NCBI GenBank assembly: GCA_032128875.1
Contig: JAVLKG010000004.1
Location: 640,001 to 704,000, forward strand
Direction: 5' to 3'
Source of the DNA: Candidatus Melainabacteria bacterium 17Bon1m
Lineage (GTDB): Bacteria > Cyanobacteriota > Vampirovibrionia > Obscuribacterales > Obscuribacteraceae
DNA: 64,000 nt
Below the pieces are notes generated by a model. It saw nothing but the letters and a program-made list of their open reading frames with translations, was not told where the DNA came from and made no database searches. The position numbers and the translations under genes are program-made. Each line of letters opens with the position of its first letter. Positions within the stretch are counted from its first letter, which is position 1. This document shows, in pieces, positions 1 to 7,824 of the stretch.

Positions 1-2
1 TG

Positions 3-533
3 GCATCTTTGGGAGAAGCAAAGGCATTCCATCAACATGATCCAAGATTGATGGTCAGCATAGAAAGCCTCACCTGTCTGTACGCCTCGCTTGGACGTTT
101 TGACCAAGCGGAATCTTTTGGCAAACAGTCAGTCGAAATCGCCCTGCAGGCATTCGGCAATGATCATCCTAATCTGGCTCGCTGCCTCAATAATCTTGCT
201 GGACTTTATTATCAGCAAGGCAGATATGCTGAGGCCGAACCAATATGCCGCCGCTTGCTGGCCATCAATGAAAAGAACTATCCTCCTGAACACCCTGATG
301 TCATCACCGCAACGACCAACCTTGCCATGCTCTATCACGTGCAAGGCAAGTACAAATTGGCTGAGCGTCTGTATATCAGACTGATCTCAATGGAAGGCAC
401 CGAGCTGAGCAAGAATCAACATCAGCTCGCAGCCCTCTTGGCTAATTACGCAGAGCTCTTGCAGGCTACTGGTAGGTCAAGCCTAGCCACCGAAGTTAGA
501 AGTCGAGGCAGCAGCTTGTTTCAAACTGCATAA
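3..533 (+). CDS. TPR protein (TPR_12-like), probably 5'-truncated by the window edge
   Basis: Repeats HPNLARCLNNLAGLYYQQGRYAEAEP and HPDVITATTNLAMLYHVQGKYKLAE; the frame is open to the window start. Confidence 0.85.
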   Translation, partial: ASLGEAKAFHQHDPRLMVSIESLTCLYASLGRFDQAESFGKQSVEIALQAFGNDHPNLARCLNNLAGLYYQQGRYAEAEPICRRLLAINEKNYPPEHPDVITATTNLAMLYHVQGKYKLAERLYIRLISMEGTELSKNQHQLAALLANYAELLQATGRSSLATEVRSRGSSLFQTA

Positions 534-607
534 GGTTTGAGCAAGAAAATTGGTCATTCAAACATACATCTATTGTCGATTTGAATGCGCCTCCACCGGC
601 GGTGACG

Positions 608-635
608 AGGGCCGATAATGTATATTATGTTTCAT
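608..635. other. dif: Putative XerCD dif recombination site
   Basis: AGGGCCGATAA-TGTATA-TTATGTTTCAT versus E. coli dif GGTGCGCATAA-TGTATA-TTATGTTAAAT: 22/28 identical, 17 contiguous. Intergenic, between convergent genes. Confidence 0.75.
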
Positions 636-743
636 CGCCATGCGCTGACCACGAAAAGCAGGCGCCCGTCAGCGTTTTCGGGCGCACCCTTTAGGCGGTC
701 ATTAGAGCGATTTTTGTGATCCAGGGTGTGTAATCACAAGGTC

Positions 744-1349
744 TTAATTCTGACGATCCATTTCAAGGGCATGCGTCAATCTCTCGTCGACCCATCCGCG
801 ACGTTCGAGAAGAGATACCAAAGGTTGGTTAAGACTCTTCTGTTCCATCTGTGCGATTAGCACCATGTCCTCACTGACAATGTCCAGAGCAATCAGTCGC
901 CGACCATCCGGATCGGTGCATTGAGAAGGCACATCGATCATCTCTTGACCGAGAAGCAACCCTTCTAACTGAATTGGAGATAAAAACTGTTTGTCTTGCA
1001 GAACTTCTCCCAACGGAATTCCAGAAGCAATTTGCTCCTCAACAGCTTCAGAAAGTTGTTCCATAGATATAAGACCAGAGGCAACGCAGATCTGCCCCAG
1101 GCGCGGATGTGTGTACTTGGTATCACCTGCAGATTCGCCACCAGATATAGGGGCACCGTGAAATCCTGCATCCTTTATCTGTGACATTGCATCAGCCATC
1201 TTAGCGATCGCCTTCTTCGCTAGAGCGCCGTTTTTATCGTCATCTGCCAATAAGTGAAGCGCTGCACTGATACGATCAAAAGCTGCCTGGGCTTCCGCAA
1301 CAGGAGCATTGTCCACCAAACCGAGAATCGCATAGGGACTGATGTCCAC
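744..1349 (-). CDS. Protein with J-domain-like N-terminus and MshEN-like motif pair
   Basis: N-term SPYAILGL (no HPD), then RLGQICVASGLISMEQLSEAVEEQ-x5-PLGEVLQDKQFLSPIQLEGLLLGQ. GTG start at 1349 follows GAGGA; the ORF track starts at 1397. Confidence 0.7.
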   Translation of the reverse strand: MDISPYAILGLVDNAPVAEAQAAFDRISAALHLLADDDKNGALAKKAIAKMADAMSQIKDAGFHGAPISGGESAGDTKYTHPRLGQICVASGLISMEQLSEAVEEQIASGIPLGEVLQDKQFLSPIQLEGLLLGQEMIDVPSQCTDPDGRRLIALDIVSEDMVLIAQMEQKSLNQPLVSLLERRGWVDERLTHALEMDRQN

Positions 1350-1771
1350 GCAAATATCCTCTGGAGATCCCGAGTGCAAAACACTTAAAGGATACATTAT
1401 TGATCTTCCTGAAAGAGTTTTATATCCATTCGAATTGTCGAATTGTCTACTGTCCGAGCACTAACAGCAATACGACAATACGAACTGTGCACAAGTCAAC
1501 AGTACTATTGTATTACTGTTAGAAAAGTGAACATGTCGTCTTATTGAATTTATCAATGTTCAACACTGCGATGGTTTGAACATTACTCCGTTCAGAAATT
1601 CGTCACTTCATAAGGTCGGCATATGGACATGACAAAGGTTCGGACGTCCAAACTGTTCTAAATTCGAACAATTGAAGCTTGAATTAGCAACCTTAAAAGC
1701 TAAAGATGCGACAAGCCGTTAAAGTACCAGATGTCGCAGCCGGCCTCGCGACTTTGAAAAGACGGTGTTGA

Positions 1772-2908
1772 ATGAAGTTCGAAAAGAAGACTCTTGCATA
1801 TCTTGTGATCGGCATACTCTGCCTATCTTTCGCGCTTTCCTACTTCTACAAGCCTCAGCCTCCAGTTCGCGAACTCGTGAGAGCAAGCCAGGAAATGCCT
1901 GCCGGAACACAGTTGCCTGCCACTGGCGCAGCACCAATGGCAAGTCGTGTAGCCAACTCTTTCACACTTGCACTGGTTCTAGTGAAGAGCGAATTTTCTG
2001 AAAAGAACGCCACAGGGCTAGAATACCTGCGCGTTTGGGCGCAAGAAAACTTCCAGAGAGATCCTTCTTTTTTGCGTCCGGTGACGCTGAAAGTCCCGGT
2101 GGAAGTGCATCACAGCATTATCGACTCACTTTTCTTCAACTTATTTGCTGGGCCTGTGTACATTCTTCAGGCTAGAGTAATGGATTTACTCGCATCCCGG
2201 ATAGATGACTTTCATCACAGTCGCGCATACTTGAGCTTTGCAAGCGACTATTACGAAGCATTTGGCATGGATCAAGAATCTGCATCACTGCTGGCCAGAT
2301 ACCAGTCAGAACGAGCAAAATCTTCAGTAAATGTCATTCTTTGTGCTGCTTTTTGGTTGCTGGTAACAACAGGCGGAATTATCTCCGTCTTCGCTTCTCC
2401 GCCTGCGATGCGTAAATCCAGAGGGCAATGGCTTCTTGCATACGGATGGCTTTTAGTTTCATTGCTTTATTTCGTGGTCGGTTGGATGGAAAATCTTGTC
2501 GCAGTAATGGCTTCCTCAGTTATATGCGGCGCAATTGGGCTGTATTTATACAAGCCCTTTAAAATTCAAGTCTCCGAAGATAGTGCACTGAGCTTAAAAC
2601 TCGTCACCCCGAGCCCTCAATTTATTGCAATAGTGGCTTGGATTTCGGTCTCTCTGGTAGCTATCCGTTTAATCACCTGGATCAAAACAGGCACACTCTT
2701 TGCCCCCGATCCGCTCACTTTGCTGGCTTCAAGCTGGTCAGGAGACTTCCTGCACGAGCCTGCCCATGCAAAGAAAAACATCAAGAACTTCGTGGCTTCT
2801 GTTTGGCTTTTATACGGCTTCTGGACAGCGTACTACGTCAGCTATGACCCAAAGACCTCTGCCGAAGTAGAGCGCACGCTCGATTCGCTTCAGCCAATCA
2901 ACAAGTAG
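1772..2908 (+). CDS. Hypothetical multi-pass membrane protein
   Basis: 378-aa ORF with one N-terminal hydrophobic helix and about 5 C-terminal hydrophobic segments. Confidence 0.75.
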   Translation: MKFEKKTLAYLVIGILCLSFALSYFYKPQPPVRELVRASQEMPAGTQLPATGAAPMASRVANSFTLALVLVKSEFSEKNATGLEYLRVWAQENFQRDPSFLRPVTLKVPVEVHHSIIDSLFFNLFAGPVYILQARVMDLLASRIDDFHHSRAYLSFASDYYEAFGMDQESASLLARYQSERAKSSVNVILCAAFWLLVTTGGIISVFASPPAMRKSRGQWLLAYGWLLVSLLYFVVGWMENLVAVMASSVICGAIGLYLYKPFKIQVSEDSALSLKLVTPSPQFIAIVAWISVSLVAIRLITWIKTGTLFAPDPLTLLASSWSGDFLHEPAHAKKNIKNFVASVWLLYGFWTAYYVSYDPKTSAEVERTLDSLQPINK

Positions 2909-2912
2909 CGCT

Positions 2913-3629
2913 CTAAACGGTTCTATCCTGCTCTTCAGCCCTATGACGGACCATTGAAGCCGTCTGGCGGTTATGGATAATGCTCGCGTAGTCGAAATTG
3001 CCCACGGCTCGGCCTGCAGCCACTGCTGCCAGAGCATTACGCACCTTGTCCATCATCGCTCCGACTGCACCTTGCTTTACAGCGCCGTCGGGAAATCCGT
3101 TTAAGTTGCTGTAGGCACTGAGCAATCTGCCCAGGTCACCAGCGTCAGCGGTGCCAACATTGATTTCACCTAGGACGCTGCCAATTTGAGCATCTGCCTC
3201 GTTGAGATATGCCTTCTGCTTCTCTGGCGGCACAGAAGTGGAGCTTGCAATTGCCTCAGACAACATGCGAGCAACATCTTCTGGTTTCGTCTTGAAAGTG
3301 TTTGCGAGATTTTGCAATTGATCACGGTCGGGATGGGCGAAGTCGAGCGAACGCAGGTCGAAAGGACTTTGCAGACCTTGATCAGTTCCCCTCAGGGCGG
3401 CAAATTCCGTCCCCGCCGCACCGGTGAAGGTAACATCATTAAGCCAGCCTATATCGTTTCGAGGAGCGTCATTCTGTTTGCTGAACGAATGACCTTGCAT
3501 AACGTCGGCGAAATTAACCGGAGAATACTGCTCGGAATGATCATCCTCGAGCGCGTTGTCAGTCCCCCCGTTTTGAATGGTCAAATCGGGATTATCTTGC
3601 TGATTGCCATTTTGCTGCTTGAAGCTCAA
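2913..3629 (-). CDS. Hypothetical protein
   Basis: 238-aa ORF with protein-like composition and a TTG start (uncertain); no family recognised. Confidence 0.6.
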   Translation of the reverse strand: MSFKQQNGNQQDNPDLTIQNGGTDNALEDDHSEQYSPVNFADVMQGHSFSKQNDAPRNDIGWLNDVTFTGAAGTEFAALRGTDQGLQSPFDLRSLDFAHPDRDQLQNLANTFKTKPEDVARMLSEAIASSTSVPPEKQKAYLNEADAQIGSVLGEINVGTADAGDLGRLLSAYSNLNGFPDGAVKQGAVGAMMDKVRNALAAVAAGRAVGNFDYASIIHNRQTASMVRHRAEEQDRTV

Positions 3630-3867
3630 GGAAACAACCCTGCATGAGCAAAAGAGAAATGACCAGTCGGACGAAGAGAACTTAGATTCCTAGTAATAAA
3701 ACCAGTATCTATTCTCACCAAGAGCATGTCAATTCGTATTTCTACGTACACGATTTAGCTTCTGTCAATTGCCAAGTCTTTAGAAAGTCACCTCTTGTAC
3801 CGAGACATTGCGTCTCGCAAGGCAATTCAAGTTTAATAAGCCCGGAATGCCTTAAAATATCGCCTAT

Positions 3868-3951
3868 GCCCTTGTGTCGGAACTGGTATACGAGACGCAC
3901 TTAAAATGCGTTGCCCGTAAGGGATTGAGGGTCCGAATCCCTCCAAGGGCA
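3868..3951 (+). tRNA. trnL-UAA: tRNA-Leu(UAA), intronless, CCA not encoded
   Basis: Acceptor stem GCCCTTG/CAAGGGC+A; D-loop with TGG; anticodon arm ACGCA-CTTAAAA-TGCGT; long variable arm CCC-GTAA-GGG; T arm GAGGG-TCCGAAT-CCCTC. Confidence 0.93.
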
Positions 3952-3976
3952 AACTCTTCAATTTGAAAACACAAAT

Positions 3977-4009
3977 AACCCCTGAGAAGTAAATTCGTCA
4001 GGGGTTTTT
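3977..4009 (+). terminator. Intrinsic terminator after the tRNA
   Basis: AACCCCTGA...TCAGGGGTT stem followed by a T run. Confidence 0.75.
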
Positions 4010-4059
4010 CGTTTAGATTTCAAGAAATCGCACAAGCTTCAGAGAGCCTAAGGCAGCTC

Positions 4060-4770
4060 TTAGTCTGTGTCGTCTCTAAATTGAGTCCACGGAATTGCGG
4101 TCGCAGTTCCTTCCTTGCACTTAGCACATGAATCAGGAAGAGCGACTTCGATTGGCACCTGCAGCGCCGCATAGAGCTTCTCTTCCCAGCGTTCTTCCGC
4201 AGAGATGACACCATTGCCGGTGCCTTTTGCAAATACCGCAGCAGCCACTGGTTTACCACCCATTTGTTCTGCAAATGCAGGCAAGCGCTCACCAACACAG
4301 CGTCCATGCTGAGCTACCGGATTGAAAACAAGAACACGATCGCCATTGTTGATATTGCCTTCGACCAGTTTGGAACCAAACCAGCCGGTGGGCAAATACT
4401 CCCAGAATGCGGCTTTCTTCTTGCGGCGGGACACGAGCTCTTTAACAATGCGCACCGCAGATGGTTGCGCAGGTGCAAAGACGACTTCAAATCCGATGTG
4501 GTTGTTGTCTATCCAGGTCTCGATATCATCAACGATCCAGCCAACATACTCAGCATTCTCAGTGATCGGTTCCAAAATAAACAGCGCATCCATGTGGTTG
4601 CCCACGCGATTGCCGTCCGTCTCCGGAAACTGATAGTGTTCGCCGGTGACGTGCACGCCAGGCACGGCAATCAATTCATTGAGCTGATCGGCAGGGAATG
4701 TGTCCGATGCGAATTGAATGCTTTTGGCTTTTGATTTAGTTTTCACAGCTGTTTTATTTGATTGTCGCAT
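4060..4770 (-). CDS. Type I phosphoribosyltransferase-fold protein (PyrE-like, degenerate PRPP loop)
   Basis: TGEHYQF..GNHMD; GDRVLVFNPVAQHGRC at the VLVVDDVxTTG position; C-terminal CAKC. ATG at 4770; the ORF track starts at 4785. Confidence 0.65.
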   Translation of the reverse strand: MRQSNKTAVKTKSKAKSIQFASDTFPADQLNELIAVPGVHVTGEHYQFPETDGNRVGNHMDALFILEPITENAEYVGWIVDDIETWIDNNHIGFEVVFAPAQPSAVRIVKELVSRRKKKAAFWEYLPTGWFGSKLVEGNINNGDRVLVFNPVAQHGRCVGERLPAFAEQMGGKPVAAAVFAKGTGNGVISAEERWEEKLYAALQVPIEVALPDSCAKCKEGTATAIPWTQFRDDTD

Positions 4771-5602
4771 ATTCTTTGCAGCCAACTTTTACTTTGTTTT
4801 CCAGTACACCTAAACCCGAGACTTCCATAGTGACTACGTCACCATCTTTCAGCCAGCCAAACTTGGCCGGTGCTAACTCCTTACCCGTTTGCGGATCAGT
4901 CTTAGCCATAAATTCTGCAATGCAGCCATTTCCTACTGTTCCCGAACCGAGCACATAACCTTCATGAACAGCGATGTTCTGCTTGCCGAGCCAAGCTATA
5001 AGCCTAGGGAAGCTCCAGGCTTGCTTGTTTCCGGTCGTCGGGTGCGTGTGATAGAGCGAATTGTAGTTCGATTTCGCTCTCTCTTCGCCATTAATCTTGA
5101 GAATCATTTCGGCATCTAATACGCCGTTTTCATCCATCTTGACGTCTTTGGCGGGGACGAGTTTTGGTCCGAAGCTTTTGCCTATGATGAACTTGCTGTT
5201 GGTCGGTCCCAAGCCGTCCATGTCTTTCTTTTGAACGTCGCGAGCGGACCAATCATTACAAATCGTCAAGTAGCAATGATCTTTGAAGAATTGAAGCGCT
5301 TCCTTCTCATCGGTGATAAGAGCCGATTTGCCCACTACACAAGCGATTTCGAATTCATAGTCAGGAGCCTTCACGAATTCAGGTATCGAGACTACTTCGC
5401 CAGGTCCAAACAGCTTTTCCGGCGCAAGGTCCAAACTGTAATAGGCTGCATGGTCGTACCAGCCCGGCCAAATGGAAGCACCGCGCTTATCTCGAATTTG
5501 CTTAACGTGTGTTTCGAAGCCTAGAAAATCAATAAAGAACCGCGGTTCGGGAATCTCTGTTCCAAACAGCTTGATTTTCGGCACGCTTCTTTCAAAGAGC
5601 AT
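4754..5602 (-). CDS. Fumarylacetoacetate hydrolase family protein
   Basis: DYEFEIACVVG, NDWSARDVQ, GKSFGP, GSGTVGNG, LKDGDVVTMEVSGLGVLEN. Confidence 0.9.
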   Translation of the reverse strand: MLFERSVPKIKLFGTEIPEPRFFIDFLGFETHVKQIRDKRGASIWPGWYDHAAYYSLDLAPEKLFGPGEVVSIPEFVKAPDYEFEIACVVGKSALITDEKEALQFFKDHCYLTICNDWSARDVQKKDMDGLGPTNSKFIIGKSFGPKLVPAKDVKMDENGVLDAEMILKINGEERAKSNYNSLYHTHPTTGNKQAWSFPRLIAWLGKQNIAVHEGYVLGSGTVGNGCIAEFMAKTDPQTGKELAPAKFGWLKDGDVVTMEVSGLGVLENKVKVGCKEYATIK

Positions 5603-5752
5603 TAGGGCACCCCACAGTCTCTCTATAGGCAACAAGCACGAGCTCTCGCCCGTGCGAAGCGACTATTATGCCACGACTTAACGCTTTGATGACCTTTTTG
5701 AGGGTTGCTGTTATAAATGTCGGCTGAGGACGCCGAGAAGGAATTGGTCTAC

Positions 5753-6163
5753 ATGAAGCATACTAAAGCGTTTGAGAAACTCGTTGCGGACATTAAATCG
5801 CAAGTCCGCGAAATCAGTCCGAAAGAAGTTTTGGAAAAACTCGATCGCAAGGATAATTTTCACTTTGTCGACGTTAGAGAAGATCACGAATGGCTTGAAG
5901 GACACGCAAAAGGCGCATGCCATATCTCTAGAGGCATTATCGAACGCGACATCGAGAAATTGATTCCCAACTACGATGCTCCAATTGTGCTGTACTGCGG
6001 AGGTGGATATCGCTCTGCACTATCTGCAGTGAATATCCAAAAGATGGGCTACACGAATGTTCTGTCAATGGCGGGCGGAATTCGCGATTGGAGAGAACAA
6101 AATTTGCCGGAAGAAAAACCGCCCGAGGGTGTGGCCGCATACGTGTCACCACACGTCAAATGA
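5753..6163 (+). CDS. Single-domain rhodanese / sulfurtransferase
   Basis: VDVREDHEW..GHAKGA; active-site loop YCGGGYRS; SMAGG. ATG at 5753 follows AAGGAA. Confidence 0.92.
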   Translation: MKHTKAFEKLVADIKSQVREISPKEVLEKLDRKDNFHFVDVREDHEWLEGHAKGACHISRGIIERDIEKLIPNYDAPIVLYCGGGYRSALSAVNIQKMGYTNVLSMAGGIRDWREQNLPEEKPPEGVAAYVSPHVK

Positions 6164-6396
6164 AGGCACCAAAACTAGTTCTTCCATCTTTCGCAGCGTT
6201 GTATATCTGCAGTATTTCCAGGGCATATTCAAAGTCACTCGAAGATATATTTACCGAGATGCTTGCACTGCGCACCACAGAGCCAGCCGGCTTTTGGGCG
6301 ATGGTCTGCTGCATCGGTTTGCTCTTTTCTCTAGCCTTCGGATTGATGGCTCTGACGATGGGTTATTACGTCAGACACTGGACTAAGCGCAAATAG
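6160..6396 (+). CDS. Small hypothetical membrane protein
   Basis: ATGA overlap with the rhodanese stop; two hydrophobic stretches; basic C-terminus. Confidence 0.5.
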   Translation: MKAPKLVLPSFAALYICSISRAYSKSLEDIFTEMLALRTTEPAGFWAMVCCIGLLFSLAFGLMALTMGYYVRHWTKRK

Positions 6397-6495
6397 ACGG
6401 CTTTTTCAGGTAGCCAAGCGTTGCCATTATTTGTGATACCACAGATAATGGCACTGTAGTCTATTCATTCACGAAATTACTAGAAAGAGTTTTAC

Positions 6496-6933
6496 ATGAG
6501 CAGCGAGCCGCTTCAAAGTTCAAACAGCAATCCGCTAGACCTCACTGGACTTGAGGATCTGCTTGAGCGAGCGCAGTTGGAAGTAGTTACTTCGGCACCA
6601 GATGTGGAGGCAGAGGTAGTCTCTTCTAAGGAAACCGAAAATTCTCCAACGGAAGCACAATTGGTTTTGGATCTGCTCAATCACTTGATGCAAGTCAATG
6701 AATTGGTTGTAGAAACCAATCGCCGACTAAATCTTGCAACTTCTAGACTGGGTCAATTGGACGAAATGCTTACAGCCCAAAGCGTCTGGCTCGAGCGCCT
6801 GCCCGCCCTGGAAATTAAAGCTGCTCAATTGGAAGAAGTTCAATTAAGGCTTGAGGTAGCCACCACAGAAAATGAATGGCTCAAGAAAAGCTGGATTAAT
6901 AAGTTTCTCTCGGCAATAAAAGACAGAGCATAG
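6496..6933 (+). CDS. Hypothetical coiled-coil protein
   Basis: Leu/Glu heptad-rich; ends in an amphipathic KKSWINKFL motif. Confidence 0.7.
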   Translation: MSSEPLQSSNSNPLDLTGLEDLLERAQLEVVTSAPDVEAEVVSSKETENSPTEAQLVLDLLNHLMQVNELVVETNRRLNLATSRLGQLDEMLTAQSVWLERLPALEIKAAQLEEVQLRLEVATTENEWLKKSWINKFLSAIKDRA

Positions 6934-7053
6934 GCACAAAAGCCATAGAGTTAGCTTTCTGGAGGTCTCGAAAACGGGACCTCCTTTGTTTTTCCTCTAA
7001 AAGCACGCCAGAGAGGCATTATGAGGTATGATCTCCCGCCTGGGGGAGACCAT

Positions 7054-7809
7054 ATGACTAAGAGACACACTCTTGTTGCCCTGGCTGTATCCGGCTTGTT
7101 TTTTTTGACCGGAACAGTTGATGGCAAAGTTTTGCGAGCTGAAATCAACCACAGCGAGGTCGCAGAACCTGTAGAAGCTAAGTTGCTGCCGGGGCAAATT
7201 TTCGATGTCGCTAATCTGCCACCGGGCTCGACCGGTGACGCCAACAATTGGTACAAAATTCCGAAATGGCTGGCTGGCACCTGGCACAAGGAAAGCCAAA
7301 CCAATTCGTATCAATACAACTATTTGACTCGCCAGGAAGATAACACTCAACGCACTGTTGTAGCCAAAGGCAATGGCGTTTGGGGAACTCAAACAGATGC
7401 TCAAGGCGAAATCTGGGAATTTAATCCAGCCCCTTACGTAGATACCGTGGATGGTGGCACCGACACAATCGTTCAATTGATCAGATCATCAGAACCTGTG
7501 GAAATGACGAGCGATCGATTCATCAAAAACACTCTCGACACGCAGTTGCGCGTCGATAAGGCCACCGGACGAATTAAGACCGTACAAACAGCAGAACAAA
7601 TCTCTACCTATACAATCGATTCACCTGGTGTCTTGAAACGAGAGACCTCATCAAAGGTATTCGGTCATGATGGAAAGCCTCTCATGCTCGCGAAGTCTGT
7701 CGCTTTTGAAAACAAAATCGCAGAATATGAGCCGAGAGACACTCTCAATGGCAAAAATCTAAAATCGATGTTTCAGGAATATTTGGATCAAAGTAAAACG
7801 GTCGATTAA
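7054..7809 (+). CDS. Hypothetical exported protein
   Basis: Signal peptide MTKRHTLVALAVSGLFF after a GGGGGAG RBS; beta-rich body with WYKIPKWLAGTW. Confidence 0.75.
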   Translation: MTKRHTLVALAVSGLFFLTGTVDGKVLRAEINHSEVAEPVEAKLLPGQIFDVANLPPGSTGDANNWYKIPKWLAGTWHKESQTNSYQYNYLTRQEDNTQRTVVAKGNGVWGTQTDAQGEIWEFNPAPYVDTVDGGTDTIVQLIRSSEPVEMTSDRFIKNTLDTQLRVDKATGRIKTVQTAEQISTYTIDSPGVLKRETSSKVFGHDGKPLMLAKSVAFENKIAEYEPRDTLNGKNLKSMFQEYLDQSKTVD

Positions 7810-7824
7810 AGAGTGAGGTAACTG

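Noticed and set aside
608-635. pdif module or IMEX attachment site
   Set aside because: I saw only one dif-like site and no mobile or phage genes next to it; sequence left of the window cannot be assessed
3868-4060. tRNA as an island or prophage integration site
   Set aside because: No integrase nearby, and I saw no duplicated tRNA 3' end
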